Positions 39,364-52,789 of a stretch of 64,000 nucleotides of DNA are shown here, in pieces (positions within the stretch are counted from its first letter, which is position 1; each line of letters opens with the position of its first letter). The notes under the pieces were generated by a model. That model was not told the origin of the DNA. It saw nothing but the letters and a program-made list of their open reading frames with translations, and made no database searches. Made by a program: the position numbers and the translations under genes. The stretch lies in NCBI RefSeq assembly GCF_006345805.1, contig NC_043003.1, positions 24,180,001 to 24,244,000 on the forward strand, read 5' to 3'. This DNA comes from Octopus sinensis. Taxonomy: Eukaryota.

Positions 39364-39753
39364 TCTCTCTATATATAAAGCTGAAGTTGTCTGTGTATGG
39401 CAGGTTTGGTAGCCTTAAACTAACATTATCTCCTCCGAGACCCTGCGGCGCAAGTTGACCAAAATTGAGAGTATGAAAGAAGGCTTGCTCTTCCTTCCAT
39501 AGGAGAAAAAATTCAAATCGGACCATGTTAACACCAAAAATTATTTACATCAAATAGTTGCTTTTTTTTCCATGAAAATCTGTATTTTTTACGATTGTTT
39601 GACTGCTGTGTCGCCCTTTTTCGGTGTATTTCAACCAGAAAAATGTTCACTTAAAGAGAATAACAAGCTACATAATGCAAAATTTTTACTTTTCAAAAAT
39701 TCCAATTCTAAAGGGTCGAAACAAACCCGAGCAACGCCGGGCGATGCTACTAG
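39364..39753 (+). mobile_element. Non-autonomous Helitron
   Basis: 5' TC (A^TCTCTCTATATATAAAG), a 3' hairpin CCCGAGCAACGCCGGG and terminal CTAG^T. Confidence 0.75.
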
Positions 39754-40377
39754 TATTGATAAATATCGTAAAATTCGTTCAGATGTGCTTTATACACTAC
39801 GAAAATTGAAGACTCTGTGCTGCCATTGTAAATTTAGACAGGTTTGGGATTATCTTTATAAGAACTAAAGTAAAGCTTCTTTTTACGTGAATATGGTTAC
39901 CGTTATTTCTTGCTTCATGCCATCGACGTCAACACAAAACCAATTCCTTTTCCCCATTGAATAAAACCCCAGAAACCTTAAATGGTGACTGCGAAAATAT
40001 GAGAAAGTGTTGATCGATTGATGAAAATTTCATACTTGAATTCTGGAATCAACGAACATTCAATTTTTTTTTCCTATGCCAACACTAAATTCATCACCCG
40101 AGGCTTTCAAATCTTCTTAGGGATTTCAACTATGTAAGGATCTGTCAGTATCTGGAATATATGGTTTCCCGGATTTAAGGTCTCTGTCACAACACGATTC
40201 TGGAGAAGAATATTCAAGAGAAATACTTAATACTTGAAAGTTGGTGGATCATGTAGTATTGATTTCAAGCTTATCTCACAGTTTGATATTTTACAAACTT
40301 CGCCTTACTCTGTTTCTATGACTTGATTTGAGCTTAAGAATCATTACTGTTACTACTAATATTAGTGTACGTATAAA

Positions 40378-40855
40378 GTAGTGAACTGGCAGAATCTTTA
40401 GCACGCAATGCAAAATGCTTTGCGGAGTTTCATCTGTCTTTATGCTCTGAGTTCAAGTTCCGCCGAGGTTGATTTTTGTTTTTCCTTCTTTCGGTGTCAT
40501 TAAAATAAGTACCAGTTGAGGTCGGCGAACTGGCGGAATCGTTAGCACGCCAGGCGAAATGCTTTGCGGTATTTCGTCTGCCGCTACGTTCTGAGTTCAA
40601 TTTCCACCGAGGTCAACTTTGCCTTTCATCCTTTCGGGGTCGATTAAATAAATACCAATTACGCACTGGAGTCGATGTAATCGACTTAATCCCTTCGCCT
40701 GTCCTTGTTTGTCCCCTCCATGTTTAGCCCCCTGTGGGCAATATAAAAAAAATTTTAATATAAAAAATTTTTAAATAAAAATTAAAATAAGTACCAGTTG
40801 AGCATTGGTCTCGTTGTAATCGAACTTAAACCCTACCACAAACTTGCTGGGTTTG
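40378..40855 (+). mobile_element. Nested or tandem family M SINEs
   Basis: Two heads and repeated core motifs. Confidence 0.75.
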
Positions 40856-42141
40856 AGCTAAAATTCGAAAGACATGAGTAAAATATGAGTGTATGAAGAA
40901 AAGTAGGCTTTCCTTGAAACATACGTTCAAATCAAAAACCTCCGTTTTTCTACAACTCTTAGGCTCTCGTCAAATAATGGAAGTAGCATAAGCATTAACC
41001 AGCAACATTGTCAGTGTTGTATCACATAGTTATGTTGTTCTCAATACTTCATTTGGTCTCCTATCATCCAGCCAAAGTTTTTCCCGAAGACATTTATATT
41101 ATTGTATCTTTCTCCGTTGTTGTTAACGTGTACATTTTCCAACAGCTACACTTTATTGAGAACACCTCACTTTAAATCAATTTTTTTTTATTTAATTTAC
41201 AAGAAGTTTCACTGAGATCAACTAGATACCTGCAGTGATAGTAGTTTCCAAGGTTATACATAGCAACTTTTGTAAGTTGTAACCCCTGTGTTTTGTGAAG
41301 ATTCAGTCATGTCTCACGATATTATAAAACAGCATTATAAGGGTAGCAGATACGCTGAATCATTAGAAACTGAATAAAATGCCTTGGAGTAATTGTTCCG
41401 CCACTTTACACCTTGACTTCCTTTCTCGTATGAATGAGCTTTGTTTTTCATCCTTCCAGGTGCTGATGAAAAAAATGTACCTGCCAAGTACTCTGAAACA
41501 AGTTATCGACTAACTATCTTTCTTTCACGATTGCTGGTTTTGTACCCAAATAAGATAGAGTTATAGAATCGTTTGAGTCTTGGACAAAATGCCCTACACT
41601 GTTTGTTCTCGTTCTTTACATTTTCAGTTCAATCCTGTTGAGATAATCTTAAATTTCCATCGTACCATGTTCCATAACATAAGCTACCAGTCAAGTACTA
41701 TGGTTGATGGCATCGATTAATACATTCCCCTCGAAAGCTGCTGATCTAGTGCCTAAATTAGTAACTATTATATTACAAAACTATGATGGTGATTGACTAT
41801 CAGAGCGTCGGATAAAATATCTTGCCATATTTTCCCCAGCACCTTATGTTCTGAGTTTAAAACGTTTCAAAGTGTCGATTGATTTATTACCATGTATTTT
41901 AAACTTCGAAATAGCATTCTCTGTTTACTCTCACAACTGACACCGAAATGAGAGGGTCAATACGCATTATATACGATTTGTGTGAGAAATTCCTAAATGT
42001 TCAATGTTAGTCTTAATACACCAAAAGAAAACGATATATTTAGCTGAATGTAATTTGACTTGTTATTCAATAAAAAAAACACGTCTGAAACGGGTGTAGT
42101 GAACCACAGCCTAACTGTGATTTACTTGACATATCTGTATA

Positions 42142-42215
<74 letters not shown>

Positions 42216-42888
42216 GTGTGTGTGTGTAAATATATATAAATATATATAGTATATATATATATAATATAATATATATATATATCTATTATATATATATGTT
42301 TATAATCTTGGTCTCATATATATGTATATATATATCTTGCTCTCATATATATATATATATCTATATATATTATAATATATATATATATATATATATAAAC
42401 CTACAACAGTACATACAAAAGATCAGAGACATCACTGCAAAATTGCATTAGAAGAACTAATACGTTTGGTATTAATAGGAAAAGTAGGCTTTCGTAGTCA
42501 TTCCAATTTATATCGACCCCGGTCATCAATACATCTGTCTAAGCATAAAATCTCTGTATATGTGCGTGTACATAACTGTCTGCGTGTGTGTGTTGGTATG
42601 TGTGTGTATGTTCATGTGAGCGTATGTGAATCTATGTTCATTGCATGCAAAGGTACAAATTAAACAATTTTCATGTTACTCTTCCCCCAGACTTCAATCA
42701 ATAAATAATAACTATTTTTGGGGGAAAAAGAAGGAAAACAATTTAGATTTGGTAAAATTTTGAGCATATGAACTGCACTATATACGTACACACTAACACG
42801 CATATATATGTGTGTGTGTGTGTGCGTGTGTATATGCATAAATATATTTATACATATATATACATAGATATATACATACATACATATA

Positions 42889-42924
<36 letters not shown>

Positions 42925-43024
42925 TGTATGTATGTATGTATATATGTATCTACTTCTATACAAACACACCTCTTTATAGGCTTATGAAGAAATACATATA
43001 AATGTGTGTGTCTGTATATATACA

Positions 43025-43059
<35 letters not shown>

Positions 43060-43282
43060 CACACACATATATAATATATATATATACCCACTTATATATA
43101 AGTGTATGCATACATATACGTGTGTATGTGTCAATATATATGTATATATGAATGTATGTATGTATGTATAAGTATATGTATATACGCATATAAATATTTG
43201 TGCGTGTGTATGTAAATTGTCGCCATTTTATATCTTTTAATTCACACATGCGCATTGTTCCTTTGTGATTTCGTCGAATACA

Positions 43283-44051
43283 CAGTATAGTAGGGTCCGT
43301 TGGGTACCGTCTGTGTGAAACGCTACACCATGATGCAAGTCACTTTGCCAGAAATTTGGAAATGACATGGCCTACTGCCTGACATTGGCTACCGGAGGCT
43401 CCAACACGAACATTTCAAAGTTTTTGGGTGTCAATCTGAGGACTGCGCAGAGGATTCGGAAAGACTTGGATGAGTCTAGTGGTGGTTACGAAGATACGGC
43501 AACTCGAAAAACTCACTATTATCGTCCTGATGAGAACAGAACTCCTGAATTTGTCGGTAATATCCAGACAGTTATCGACAACAATCCCTGGACCAAGAGG
43601 GTGGCTGCTGAAAGACCCTATGTCTGGCTACAGGAGTCTGTTCCATGTCACACAAGCAGGAGAACCCAGTCGTGGCTGTCAGACTATATTTGTGACTACA
43701 TCACCCCTAACATCTGGCCACTTATCTCCCCAGGCTCCACAGATTATTTTGGGTGGGGCACAGTTGAGCAAAAGACCAACAAAGCTTCTTCTAACACCAA
43801 CGATGAGCTGAAGGCAAGGATGATGGCAGCTTTAAGCAACGTAAACAAGAAGACCGTCCAGAAGAGTTACAGGAGATTCCGAAGTTGACTGGAGGCTGTG
43901 ATTGAAGCCAATGGCGAATTTCTTGAATAAATTTACCCTTTAGTATTTCAAGATATTTTTATGTAATTTTTGTAAATATTCTTTTTAAAATGAGAGGCCA
44001 GTGTTATTTTTATTTTTGCATAATTTAGACAACAATTTATTCACCACACTG
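43283..44051 (+). mobile_element. Tc1/mariner (maT/DD37D-like) internally deleted transposon
   Basis: ORF 43367-43888 has an HTH-like N-terminus joined to LQESVPCHTSRRTQSWL and WPLISPGSTDYFGWG (decayed QQDSAP-H and WPPxSPDLNPLDY motifs). The right end reads CAGTGTGGTGAATAAA on minus, and the left TIR is only partly recognisable. Confidence 0.75.
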
Positions 44052-44095
44052 TGTGATGTATAACTATGTATGTATGTATATATATATAATATATA

Positions 44096-44138
<43 letters not shown>

Positions 44139-44597
44139 ATATATATATAGGGGAGTTTGTAGCCCGCTTGAAACATTGCGTAGTGTTTGTAAGAATAAAA
44201 GGTTTTGAATGGTACAACAATGCACTATCCTACAAACGATGGGCTACATACATGTTGTAATTTAGCCATCCATAGTCTTATGATATTTCGGAATAAACTT
44301 CCTCTTCAGATATTCTTAGATAGTGTGTCGCTGCAATAATCGGTTTTCCAACAGCTGTTCTTGTTTTGTTTTGTTATTTTTTGTTGTTGTTTTTGTATTT
44401 TTTTGTGGGGGGGGAAGCGTCACAGCGTGGTCTCACGAAGTTCCTTCCGAATTCCTCATGAGAAGTCCCTGAGGTCGGCCATGTTTCAATCTCGTGTGTG
44501 CTGGTACATCCGTAGCGCTGCTCTAAATTATGTGTTATACGAGCAGCTTCCTTTTTTCCTTTTTTCCTTTCTTCCTCTTCTTTTTCTCTTCTCTTTT

Positions 44598-44697
44598 NNN
44601 NNNNNNNNNNNNNNNNNNNNNNNNNNNNNNNNNNNNNNNNNNNNNNNNNNNNNNNNNNNNNNNNNNNNNNNNNNNNNNNNNNNNNNNNNNNNNNNNN
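44598..44697. other. Assembly gap (100 N)
   Basis: Run of N between a (CTT)-rich tract and a (TA)n tract. Confidence 1.
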
Positions 44698-44710
44698 GTA
44701 TATGTATATG

Positions 44711-44761
<51 letters not shown>

Positions 44762-45256
44762 TTGTGTGTATACATTATATATATATATATATATTATATA
44801 TATATATATATATATATTACACACACATCTATATATACGTATTATAGATATATGTGTGTATGTACTTTTGTATGCATGTATGCATGTGTGTATGTTTGTA
44901 CGTATTCATATATGTTTATACATAAGATCTTTCCTGCAATTCGAAAACATATATAAAACACTAAAATACGATAATCGCTAATCTATTTCAATGGCCTATC
45001 ATCAGTTCAATTAACTTCTGACTATTGATGACTTTAAATCGATTTTTATTTTCCAAAGAACAGAAGTTTTATTATTAAATAAAGTAAGATAATAAATAAA
45101 ATTCAAAATCATCCGAAAAGCAATAATAGATATATAAAAAGAGAGAAATCGACGGAGCTAAAAATGTTAGTCTAGATTATGTGTGTATATGCACGTGTGT
45201 GTGTGTATGTTTGTGTGAGCGCACGCACGTCTGTCACTACATTTACATACATAAAT

Positions 45257-45297
<41 letters not shown>

Positions 45298-45302
45298 AAT
45301 AT

Positions 45303-45835
45303 ATCTTTTACTTTTTTACTCGTTTCAGCCATGCGGCTCTGGTCATGGTGTAGCACCATCATAGTCTATCTGATTTCCTCAGTCTGGGTCTGGGGTGATT
45401 CACATCACCACTCCAGTATGTGCTTTTACCCAAGCTGTTGGTTCATCTGGTGTTGCGGAGAGGAGTATGTCTAGTTCCATTTTGAAGACATCTACTTCGA
45501 CCTTATGCAGATTTCTTAATTTTTGTGCAGGGCATTGAAGAGGTGTGGGCCTTTGAACCCCAGACTATTGTAATACTTGGTCCTGAATTTAGATGGAGTG
45601 GATGGTACCTTTGGTACAATACAATGGCGGCCAGTTCTGGCATTTGTATAATACTCAATGCCGAAGTTAGGTAGGAGCCTTTCTAGGATTTTCCATATGT
45701 ATATTATTGCGTATCTTTCACGCCTTCGCTCAAGGGAGTAAAGTTGTAGTTTTTCAGCCTATATTCCTGTAGCTCATCCCTTTCAATCTTTTTAGAGTAG
45801 TGTATTGGACTGCTTCAAGCTCAGGTGAACACGTC
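45303..45835 (-). mobile_element. CR1-type LINE 3' fragment, related to 20950-21946
   Basis: Minus translation gives YSLERRRERYAIIYIWKILE, RTGRHCIVPK and NSLGFKGPHLFNAL. The tail ends CTGAAACGAGTAAAAAAGTAAAAG. Confidence 0.8.
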
Positions 45836-45850
45836 TGTATGGTATGTATG

Positions 45851-45905
<55 letters not shown>

Positions 45906-45984
45906 TATATAACTAGTTCTAGATCATGTATTGAGTCCTTTTCTTGGCCGTTATAAATCAGGCGCATGTATATATATATATATA

Positions 45985-45998
45985 TATGGATAGGTAGG

Positions 45999-46066
<68 letters not shown>

Positions 46067-46067
46067 C

Positions 46068-46126
<59 letters not shown>

Positions 46127-46135
46127 CAGATAGAA
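45985..46135. repeat. (GATA)n microsatellite
   Basis: Direct reading. Confidence 0.95.
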
Positions 46136-46627
46136 GAGAGAGTATGAGAGGGAGAGAGAGAGAGTGGGAGAGAAAGATAGAATTCCGTTTACAACAGACC
46201 TTTAAGGGATCAAGACACTAGTTTGTTAGACAGTAGCTTGTTATACAGTATATAAGTATAACTGGAATCGTTTAGAAATATTTCGAATGAGAGATTTAAA
46301 TACAGGAAAATAATTTGTAATAAACAAATGCGAACGATCACTCGACTGTAAGATATGTATGTGTGTGTAGATACATATATATATATAGCTATAATTCACT
46401 ACTACAATTGTTTCCGCAACCTCCCCTATGCAGGTCCTTAAATAGTCTAAGTACCCATACGAAGGCACACTCACACACACAACCCTATATACGTATGTAT
46501 ATGTCTGTCTGAGCGTGTTTATATAAGCACTCGCACACACATTTGCACACAAACACATACACACACACCACACTCACCTAAATATATATATCTGCATGTA
46601 TATGTATGTGTATGTATATACATATAT

Positions 46628-46679
<52 letters not shown>

Positions 46680-46709
46680 ATATTATATATATATAATATA
46701 TATATAATA

Positions 46710-46765
<56 letters not shown>

Positions 46766-46847
46766 TATATACGTATAAATATTACCGTGTTTAAATGTAC
46801 ATATACATATATGTACCGTATTTAAATGTACACTTTAATTATATGAA

Positions 46848-46926
<79 letters not shown>

Positions 46927-47495
46927 TCATACATATATGTACCGTGTATACAGATATGCACACATATATTTGTAAACACCATATAGGTAAAAAGAATAAA
47001 AAGATGACAATACGAACGAAAAGTACTAAAAGTTGCCATTTTCTTTTATTAATCTCTCCAATGAAGACAATAAATAAAACTATTTTATTGATAAGAAATC
47101 GTTGCCAATTATTTTAGCAATAACACACATCAAATTCTTAGTCTGCGCTTTGTTCTGACTTAACCTTTTAATCATTCCGTTGAAGCTTACTTATTATTAT
47201 TATCATTATCATAATTATTATTTTTATTATTATTATCATTATCATTATTATTATTGTTATTATTATTATAATTATTATTGTTATTATTATTATCATCATC
47301 AACATTATCATCACCATCATCCTCATCCTCATCATCATCATCATCATCATCATCATCACACCATCATCATCTTTTAACCAAAGTTCCATTACCTAATGGT
47401 AGATAATAAGGATCAAGTTATCTGATGTACCATGAGATATTTGGTGGAACATCTATTGGTATATATGTATATATATACTATATATATATATATAT

Positions 47496-47527
<32 letters not shown>

Positions 47528-47529
47528 CT

Positions 47530-48076
47530 GGTGTATATATTGGCAGGGCTGGCCTGCTAGGTAGCCGGCCAGAATGCTAGAAGAAGATCATCAACGATCA
47601 ACTACACAAGGAAATTCTCTAGAGGAAGAATTCAGCGAACACCAGAACCAAATTTGGCGGGCAGGACATATGAAAAATTAAATAAAAAACAGACTTAAAT
47701 GCATACCTCGGTTTCGGTCTTAACAAAAGAATTACTTGCATAATTCAAGTGTCCGTGACTTCATCAGTACATTTGGTCCTCGAGATGCAAACCGCAAGAC
47801 TAACCCCAGCTTTCTGTGTCAAGACAGACACGTGCTTAGTCTTACTGATTACATCGGGAATAAAATTTCAAATGTCTTGGCTCTGGCGCGCTAAGAGACT
47901 CCTGAAGCGAAGGGCTGCAGTGAATAATTCACTGCGGGTAAGTCCTGCCCGCCAAATTTGGTTCTGGTGTTCGCTGAATTCTTCCTCTAGAGAATTTCCC
48001 TTGTAGTTTGATCGTTGATGATCTTCTTCTAGCATTCTGGCCGGCTACCTAGCAGGCCAGCCCTGCAATATACACC
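47530..48076 (-). mobile_element. Penelope-type non-coding element: ~137-bp inverted arms around a ~274-bp HHR-containing spacer, embedded in TA-rich flanks
   Basis: Arm 47530-47667 is the reverse complement of 47942-48076. A hammerhead lies in the spacer. Confidence 0.7.
47699..47772 (-). ncRNA. Type I hammerhead ribozyme
   Basis: Minus strand reads ATGTA-CTGATGA-AGTC...GACC-GAAA-CCGAGG-TA-TGCAT. Stem I ATGTA/TGCAT pairs with one G-U, and the cleavage triplet is GUA. Confidence 0.7.
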
Positions 48077-48211
48077 TATATTTGAATTTTCTCTGACTCC
48101 TCGATTTTTGAATGCTGGACTACTGGTTTTAAATTGATATAAAATTAATATTAATTTATCTCCCTCAATTTATATATATTATTATATATATAATATATAT
48201 ATATATATATC

Positions 48212-48242
<31 letters not shown>

Positions 48243-48347
48243 GTATATATAAATATAGTATTGTATATATAAATATATATATATATATATAAATGTATAT
48301 GTTATATATATATATGTATATGTTATATATAAATATATATATATATG

Positions 48348-48394
<47 letters not shown>

Positions 48395-48489
48395 ATATGT
48401 GTGTGGTGTGTATGTATGTATGTATATATATACACTCACGCACACATATACGCACTCACATATATATACATATATACCTTTACTTGCTT

Positions 48490-49075
48490 ATAACTGTCAG
48501 TCAGTGTTGACAATGATGTTGTCCTCCAACAGTCTTATCTTTCATTTTGTGAGTTGATAGATGTGAAAACAGTCCGATCCTGGAATGGTATGTCCTAGAA
48601 CACAGACGACAAGGGAAGTTGCTCATTATGTTGTTGATATAAGTATGACAAGATATTGACATCTCTTTTCCTGAAGTTACTCACTTGGGATTAATTTAGT
48701 GTACATTTGCGTCGCAGAGTTAGCGCCAGGTTTACCGGTCCCTAGCAAGTTGTACCGGTTGAATGTTGCAGTTCCCTGAACCTCCTATTGCGTCACCATC
48801 AACGAACACCGGTTGATATCTCTCCGAAAAACACCATTTTGAGGAGATGATTGTTTGGCATCCTGATAACGTGGCCGAACCATCTTAGAAGACGACGTTG
48901 GATGATGGCTTCAACGCTAGAGATTCCTGCTTGCTGAAGAATTTCTGTGTGGGCGAACTTATCTTTCCAAGTAATGCGTAAAAAATTCGGTGGAGACAAT
49001 GGATGTGAAATAACTCTAGCTTCGTCACATTATGGCGGTATAAGATCCAGGATTCGCAGCCATTGAAAGCTTCCA
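48490..49075 (-). mobile_element. RTE (BovB-like) LINE 3' fragment
   Basis: GCESWILYRH, RRLLRWFGHVIRMP and a C-terminal CSRTYHSRIGLFSHL zinc-finger-like motif. Its 5' side abuts a SINE fragment at ~49075-49210. Confidence 0.75.
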
Positions 49076-49861
49076 CCTGCCAAATCCACTCACAAGGCAT
49101 TGGTCGGCTTGGAGCAGTAGTAGAATAGAATTACTGAATGTACCATGCAGTGAGACAGAAACCGAAATCTCGCAGTTGCAAAGCGACCATCTTAATCACA
49201 CAGCCATAACATAGCGTATGTTATAGCTATTATGGTATAGCTCTCGTATATTATATAAGTATATGTTATTACAATTATGAATTATATAAATCTTATAGCT
49301 TATTGATTTTCCATAAGATTTAATAGTTTCCAGTTAATTTTATGTTGTAACAATCTCTTTCATCTCATTCCATACTGTTTATTAGTTGCCCTTATTTAAG
49401 TCCTTTACATATCATATAACATATGGTCTCTCTCTGAGTTATAGCGATTTTGATTCTGTTTCCTTTTGTATTTTTTGTCTGTTTTCTCTTTTTTTCTGTT
49501 ATTTTACTGATATTTCTTTTATGATTAACTCATGATATATTTTTTAAAAAATTATATTTGTGCGTTGACGACTACAACAACGACGATGATGATGGTGATG
49601 GTGGTGGTGGTGGTGGTGAGGGTGGTGGTGGTGGTGGTGGTGAGGGTGGTGGTGGTGGTGGTGGTGAGGGTGGTGGTGGTTCCAGTGCTGGTTCCAGTGG
49701 TTCCAGTGGTAACCTGTGATGGTGATGATCCTGGCGGTGGTGGTGGTGTTGTTGGTGGTGGTGGTGATGGAGATGGTAGTTGTGATAAGTGTACGAATGA
49801 TGATGATGATGACGACGAGGGGCTACACACAGAGGGGACAAACAAGTACAGACAAACTTAT

Positions 49862-50632
49862 TAAGTAGATTATATCCACTCCAGTACTCAACTGGTACTT
49901 ATTTAATCGACCCCGAAAGGATGAAAGGCAATGTCGACCTCGGCGGAATTTGAAATCAGGACGTAACGGCAGTCGAAATACCTATTTCTTTACTACTCAC
50001 AAGGGGCTAAACACAGAGAGGACAAACAAGGACAGACAAACGGATTAAGTCGATTATATCGACCCCAATGCGTAACTGGTACTTATTTAATCGACCCCGA
50101 AAGGATGAGAGGCAAAGTCCACCTCGGCGGAATTTGAACTCAAGACGTGGCGGCAGCCGAAATACCGCTAAGCATTTCGCCTAGCGTGCTAACGATTCTG
50201 CCACCTCGCCGCCAAATAACAATAATAATAATATTCCTTTCTACTAAAGGTACAAGGCCTGAAATTTTGAGGGACGGGGCCAGTCGATTAGATCGAGCCC
50301 AGTACGCGACTGGTACTTAATTTATCGACCCCCAAAGGATGAAAGGCAAAGTTGACATCAGCAGAATTTGAACTCAAAACGTAAATACAGACGAAATACC
50401 TATTTCTTTACTACCCACAAGGTGTTAAATACAGAGAGGACAAACAAGGACAGACAAACGGATGAAGTCGATTGTATCGACTCCAGTTCGTAACTGGTAC
50501 TTATTTCACCGATCCCCAAAGGATGAAAGGCAAAGTCAACCTCGGCGGAATTTGAACTTAGAACGTAGCGGTAGACGAAATACGGCTACGCATTTCGCCC
50601 GGCGTGCTAACGTTTCTGCCAGCTCGCCGCCT
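49862..50632 (-). mobile_element. Two dimeric family M SINEs (49862-50213, 50233-50632)
   Basis: Four core copies, in head-core-linker-core organisation twice. Confidence 0.8.
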
Positions 50633-50658
50633 AATAGCAATAATAATGATGATGATGG

Positions 50659-50719
<61 letters not shown>

Positions 50720-51119
50720 ACCATATATGCACATACATGTGTGTGTCTGTCTCTCTATCTTTTTATATGTATACACGTATGTATACATGTATATGCACAT
50801 ATGCAGACTTCTTTTATGTATATGTCTATATATGTGTGTACCAATATGTTATAAATCTATATATATATGTATATATATATATATACATATATATATTTCA
50901 TGTGCATATATACATATGCATATCTGCAAAATGTAAGTATATATGAAATTTGTGTGGGTCTCTTTATATATATGTATATGTATGTAATAAAATATCCGTT
51001 AATATGTTTATACGCATCTACGCAAGCGTAAATATTTAATAACGTATATGTATGTATATATATACATGTGTATATTTATTTATTTATATATATATATATA
51101 TTTATATATATATTTATAT

Positions 51120-51150
<31 letters not shown>

Positions 51151-51225
51151 CACTCAGATAATGTGTATGTATATATACATACACACACATATATATAGAG
51201 ATAAATGTTAGCATAAGTACTTACG

Positions 51226-51648
51226 TATATACATACATACATACATACATACATACATACATACATACATGCATACATACATACATACATACATACATAC
51301 ATACATGCATGCATACATACATACATACATACATACATACATACATACATACATACATGCATACATACATACATGCATACATACATACATACATACATAC
51401 ATGCATACATACATACATACATACATACATACATACATACATACATGCATACATACATACATACATGCATGCATACATACATACATACATACATGCATGC
51501 ATACATACATACATACATACATACATGCATACATACATACATACATACATACATACATACATACATACCTACATACATACATACATACATACATACATAC
51601 ATGCATACATACATACATACATACATACATACATACATACATGCATAC
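51226..51648. repeat. (TACA)n tetranucleotide array with TGCA variants
   Basis: Direct reading, ~420 bp. Confidence 0.95.
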
Positions 51649-51806
51649 ATAGGTACAACGAGTGTGCGCTATAACATGTAAACATGTATACGCCTCATTA
51701 GACACATTAACACTTTTGCACTAGGCAACCGAATATTATTTTTTCTACAACCAACACTAAAGCAAATATCAATTTATAAATAATGCCAACACACCAACAC
51801 ACACAG

Positions 51807-51850
<44 letters not shown>

Positions 51851-52377
51851 CACACACCACACACACACACACCACACACACATGCACCCCACAATACACA
51901 CACATTGTCACATTCAGATAAACACAACAAAGACACACATATAGATACCGCTTTTGTTCTACCTACACAAACACGATCCTTTTAATGTGAAACTCTAACG
52001 TGCAATGTCATTCGGTTTGATTTGATAAAATCGCTGTTGTTGATTTTTTTCCAAGTTACCGTGTGTATAGGACATAATGAAGTTTAGAGAAGCTATTTAA
52101 CTTTGCAATATACTATCTTAATGTTTGAACTGTGTGGACAGAGCCGCCATTAGCGAGAACATGGAGCGTATATTGTTGTGATTTTTCTTATTGTTTTTTG
52201 TTGCTGTTGCCGTTGTTTAGATCCATGTCGTCCCTGATAGAAATGAAAAATGTATTCGTGACCCACACCGCTTTTTGTATATCAAGAAAGTTATACCATG
52301 CCACCATTGATGTCATTGCTATTGTTGTTGAAGGTGTTTTGGTTGTCGTTATTGTTCATATTTCTGTTGCTGCTGCT

Positions 52378-52642
<265 letters not shown>

Positions 52643-52686
52643 AGTATTATTATTTTTTTTCATTGTTATTATTGTTGTTATTGTTG

Positions 52687-52717
<31 letters not shown>

Positions 52718-52789
52718 CAGAACTCACACAATTAGCCATAAAAATAATCTCTAATTCGAGCCTACTCTAAGCTACTAAGAATGTGTGTG

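Noticed and set aside
44400-44560. GC-richer segment before the gap, possible exon or ncRNA
   Set aside because: No match to snRNA, snoRNA or rRNA motifs that I know and no convincing frame. It may be a LINE 3' UTR.
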